Positions 34,800 through 38,239 of a stretch of 38,239 bases of DNA are shown piece after piece. The position numbers and the translations under genes were made by a program. Source of the DNA: Octopus sinensis (lineage: Eukaryota); contig NW_021835760.1 in assembly GCF_006345805.1 (NCBI RefSeq), forward strand, positions 1-38,239, written 5' to 3'. Under the pieces are notes generated by a model. The model was not told the DNA's origin and did no database searches. It was given only the letters and a program-made list of their open reading frames with translations. How positions within the stretch are numbered: position 1 is the stretch's first letter; the number at the start of each line of letters is the position of its first letter.

Positions 34800-34899
34800 C
34801 ATTTCTCCAGACACAAATATGGCCAGGACCTGGAGGCTCTATTCCAATTCTATACATACAGGAATATATTTTGTTATTTGCCATATTCTGCACTGTTAC
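34800..34899 (-). CDS. Exon 2; phase 0 to 1; completes repeat 1
   Basis: Acceptor ttttctctttttcttttactattag| and donor G|gtaagt. 100 nt: VTVQNMANNKIYSCMYRIGIEPPGPGHICVWRN plus 1 nt. Confidence 0.88.
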
Positions 34900-35159
34900 C
34901 TAATAGTAAAAGAAAAAGAGAAAATTATGTCACCAAGAATTACATGGCTTTAGACAGGGGTCACTTTGTTCTGGATCCAGTAATTATGCAGATGTGAATC
35001 ACCTAAGTTATCCATCAATTCAGCAATTTTATCGCTACTTCAACTGAAATGTTCTTTCAGATATTGATAGTCATACAACACGAAGTTTACAGAAACTCAG
35101 CAATTCAAATACAAGGTGCATTGCAGTGGTTTTCAGACTTTTTCAGGAGAGACTTCTTC

Positions 35160-35532
35160 TTTTTACTTCTTTTACTTGTTTCAGTCATTTGACTACGGCC
35201 ATGCTGGAGCACCGCCTTTAGTCGAGCAAATCGAGCCCGGGACTTATTCTTTGTAAGCCCAGTACTTATTCTATCGGTCACCTTTGCCGAACCGCTAAGT
35301 GACGGGGACGTAAACACACCAGCATCGGTTGTCAAGCAATGCTAGGGGGACAAACACAGACACACAAACACACACGCATACATATATATATATACGTATA
35401 TACGACAGGCTTCTTTCAGTTCTGTCTACCAAATCCACTCGCAAGGCATTGGTCGGCCCGGGGCTATAGCAGGGCCGACCAATGCCTTGTGAGTGGATTG
35501 GTAGACGAAAACTGAAAGAAGCATGTTGTATA
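35160..35532 (-). mobile_element. SINE family A copy with its head replaced by a fold-back inversion
   Basis: Minus-strand tail and body from 35160 to 35470. The segment 35472-35532 is the inverted copy of 35399-35459. Confidence 0.85.
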
Positions 35533-35743
35533 TATGTATTGGACATTTATTAGTGTTAAAGAAGTATTTTAAATTTGGATTCACAAGATCCGATATAGAT
35601 TTTGGTAGGTGTCTCTGTGTTGATATTGTTGTTAGTGATATTTGTGCTGCTTCAATTTGAGACTACCTTTGCTCGGTATAATGTAGCCTCGGTGTTACAT
35701 CGGCTGTCCAGTGGGCATTCATTTCTAATCCTGCATGAAGATA

Positions 35744-35790
<47 letters not shown>

Positions 35791-36368
35791 ATATGTGTGT
35801 GTATATATGTAATTATTAGCGGTATTTTGTCTGCCGTTACTTTCTGAGTTCAAATTCCGCCGAGGTCGACTTTGCCTTTCATCCTTTCGGGGTCGATAAA
35901 TAAAGTACCAGTTTCGCACTGGAGTCGGTGCAAACGACTTAATCCGTGTGTCTATCCTTGTTTGTCCACTCAATGTCTAGCCCCTTGTGGGCAGTAATGA
36001 AATATATACGTATTGTATATAAGCGTGTGTGTGTGTTTGTATGTGTGTGTTTGTATCTGTGATTGTCGCTCGCCTCACCAGCACTTGACAACCTGTGTAG
36101 ATGTTTTTACTTCCCCGGAACTTAGTGGTTCACCAAAAGAGATTGATAGAATAAGTACCAGGATTTAAAACAAATATTACTTGTTAAATTTGTTCAACTA
36201 ACCTCCTTCAAGGTGGTGCCCCACCATGGTCGCTGTGTAATGACAGAAAAACATGTAGAAGAGAAAAGATGACAATAGAAGCCGTTGAAACATTTAAAAT
36301 GTAAACTTTGAATGAAGCAGGTAAACTTCTTTCAAAATGGAAACAAGAGAAATAAACGTTTCGCTCAC

Positions 36369-36574
36369 CTTTTTCTCCAACCCAAATTCCCCTTCAGTGA
36401 AAAAAGCTATCCAATTGAGTTCATTCCAATGCAATGAAAGAAAGAACGATGCATTTGAAGTTCTAGAATATTTGCTAAACGTAAAATTGGCGTAATAATG
36501 AGGTGCAGCACGATAAGAACTTTTAAAATCGTCATTTATGTCGCTACGTGTAACTTCAAAAGTCCAGCGATCCA
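36369..36574 (-). CDS. Exon 1 (within window) of a tandem PLAT/LH2-like repeat protein; phase 1 to 0
   Basis: Acceptor ttttctcttttttatttctag| and donor AAG|gtgagc. 206 nt, stop-free: xDRWTFEVTRSDINDDFKSSYRAAPHYYANFTFSKYSRTSNASFFLSLHWNELNWIAFFTEGEFGLEKK. Phase-compatible with the next exon. Confidence 0.88.
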
Positions 36575-36992
36575 CTAGAAATAAAAAAGAGAAAATTGGA
36601 CATTAGTGACAGCAAAATTTCAAAATCAATAAACTTAAAAAGATAATTACTTTTATAAAGAGGAGGATTAAAACGGAAATTATAAGAACATGGTGGGAAA
36701 ATATTTGTTTTCCCTGCTCTTCCACCTTAGTTTATGACAGTTTTTACATTTAGATGAGACTGCCCCATGGTTTTAGGCAAGTGTCTTGTACAACAGCCTT
36801 GGGCTAACCAGAGCCTTGTGAGGGCATGTAGTAGATGGAAACTTAAAGAGCCCCATGGTATATATCTTTATCTATAGCTATATATATAATTATAAAAGTA
36901 TGCAAAGCAAGCCGACCTCGGCGGAATTTGAACTCAGAATGTAACGGCAGACGAAACACGCGCGGAGTGGTAACGTTTCTGCAAGTCACCTC

Positions 36993-37095
<103 letters not shown>

Positions 37096-38239
37096 CTTTA
37101 TTAAAGCAGCAGAAAATTCAACATGAGTTTCTCGTTGCCGGTCACCAGACAGTTTTTGCTAGAATATATATATATATATAATGTGTTTTTTTTTAATGGG
37201 CTAAGGGTTTGAGTGGAGCTGATGAACTTGAGGGCTGCACTAGGTTCTCCTCTGACTTGGCAGGGTTTCTTCAGCTGGATAACGCCAATCACCCCAGGTG
37301 CATAATGAGTGCTTTTACGCACCTTTGTCATGGGTGCCATTGATATGACACCAGGAATGACCACAACTACGATTCATGGGTCGGTGCCATTCACATGGCA
37401 CCAACAACAACCCTGACTACGATTCATGAGTGCCATTTGCATTTAATCTTTTGAAATTTCCTCCCATTCTTAAAAAATGCTGTTCACAATTTTGTACAGA
37501 ATTTTGTTTAAATTTCTCTCGTTAATTGAGAAAATTTCACTTGATTAAGACTTTTTACATATGGCATTAGTACACCACTTCTTAATTTATTTCATAGAAC
37601 TTCGTGTCATTGGTATCTTTGAGTTATCTCCCTTAGCTCATTAAAAAAAAAACATTAATTAAACAGAATATACTGAGTCAAAATTATTATAACTCTTTGA
37701 CTATATGTAAAAATCTTTGTCACTCGGAGTAACTAAATAACCTTAACGAGGTCTAACAAACTGAAGCATATCCATTGTTGTCCTCTTGCCTGCAAATTAA
37801 GACCAGGCTTTACTTTTAATAATTATTTAATTAATTATTTCGAGGAATTAATCCCAATGTCTTAAAATTATTTCTCCTTTTCCTTCAGACGCCAACAATT
37901 GCCACTAGCTTTTTCTTTTCTTCATCTAAACATTCCAGTAAATTTTTTGCATACACGAATCCTTATATTATTTATGCAAAACCTTAGACTCAGGGTAACA
38001 CTACCGATTTAGCCATTTTAGAAAATATTTACTTTTATATACATTTTCATATATCAAGATTAGTTGGAAAATTTATTGAATATTTCAAATAATGATTTGT
38101 GATTGACGCCAGCTTGTCTTTCTCGTTACTGACTACACAACTGTGAATTGAACCTGTAAGCATAAGATAATGTGTCTTTTCTGAGGATTGAATGGCAGCA
38201 ATAAGATTTGAACTCCTAATATTGATCTTTGTAGTTGAG

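Noticed and set aside
816-36005. tRNA genes suggested by A and B boxes
   Set aside because: All are SINE heads followed by SINE bodies. No complete cloverleaf could be folded.
37700-38160. Candidate upstream exons of the PLAT-like gene (acceptors near 37790 and 38153)
   Set aside because: No combination gave a good donor ending in phase 1 with an open frame. The upstream exon probably lies outside the window.

Overview
AT-rich eukaryotic genomic DNA, very rich in microsatellites and repeats. It is most likely from an octopus or another cephalopod; this is an inference from the tRNA-derived SINE families and the (AT)n/(CA)n density. No prokaryotic features, rRNA or CRISPR array were found. 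Almost all ORFs in the supplied track are artefacts of microsatellites and SINEs. One real spliced gene lies on the minus strand: six phase-compatible exons between 36574 and 26524 splice into about 320 stop-free codons. They encode three tandem ~105-aa beta-rich repeats, each built from a phase 1-0 plus phase 0-1 exon pair. The repeats resemble highly diverged PLAT/LH2 domains and carry many N-glycosylation sequons. The 5' part of the gene is outside the window and its 3' end is ambiguous. The rest is a mosaic of at least four SINE or non-autonomous retroposon families, decayed LINE pieces (RTE, L1/Tx1, R4-type), two Penelope-like RT relics, a Helitron, piggyBac and hAT MITEs, local tandem duplications and fold-back inversions. 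Several Penelope-type hammerhead-ribozyme motifs are present. One has a canonical core; the others have variant cores, including a compensatory G3-C8 swap inside a 293-bp intronic palindrome and a recurring A6U. All alignments and folds were done by eye, and repeat boundaries are approximate.
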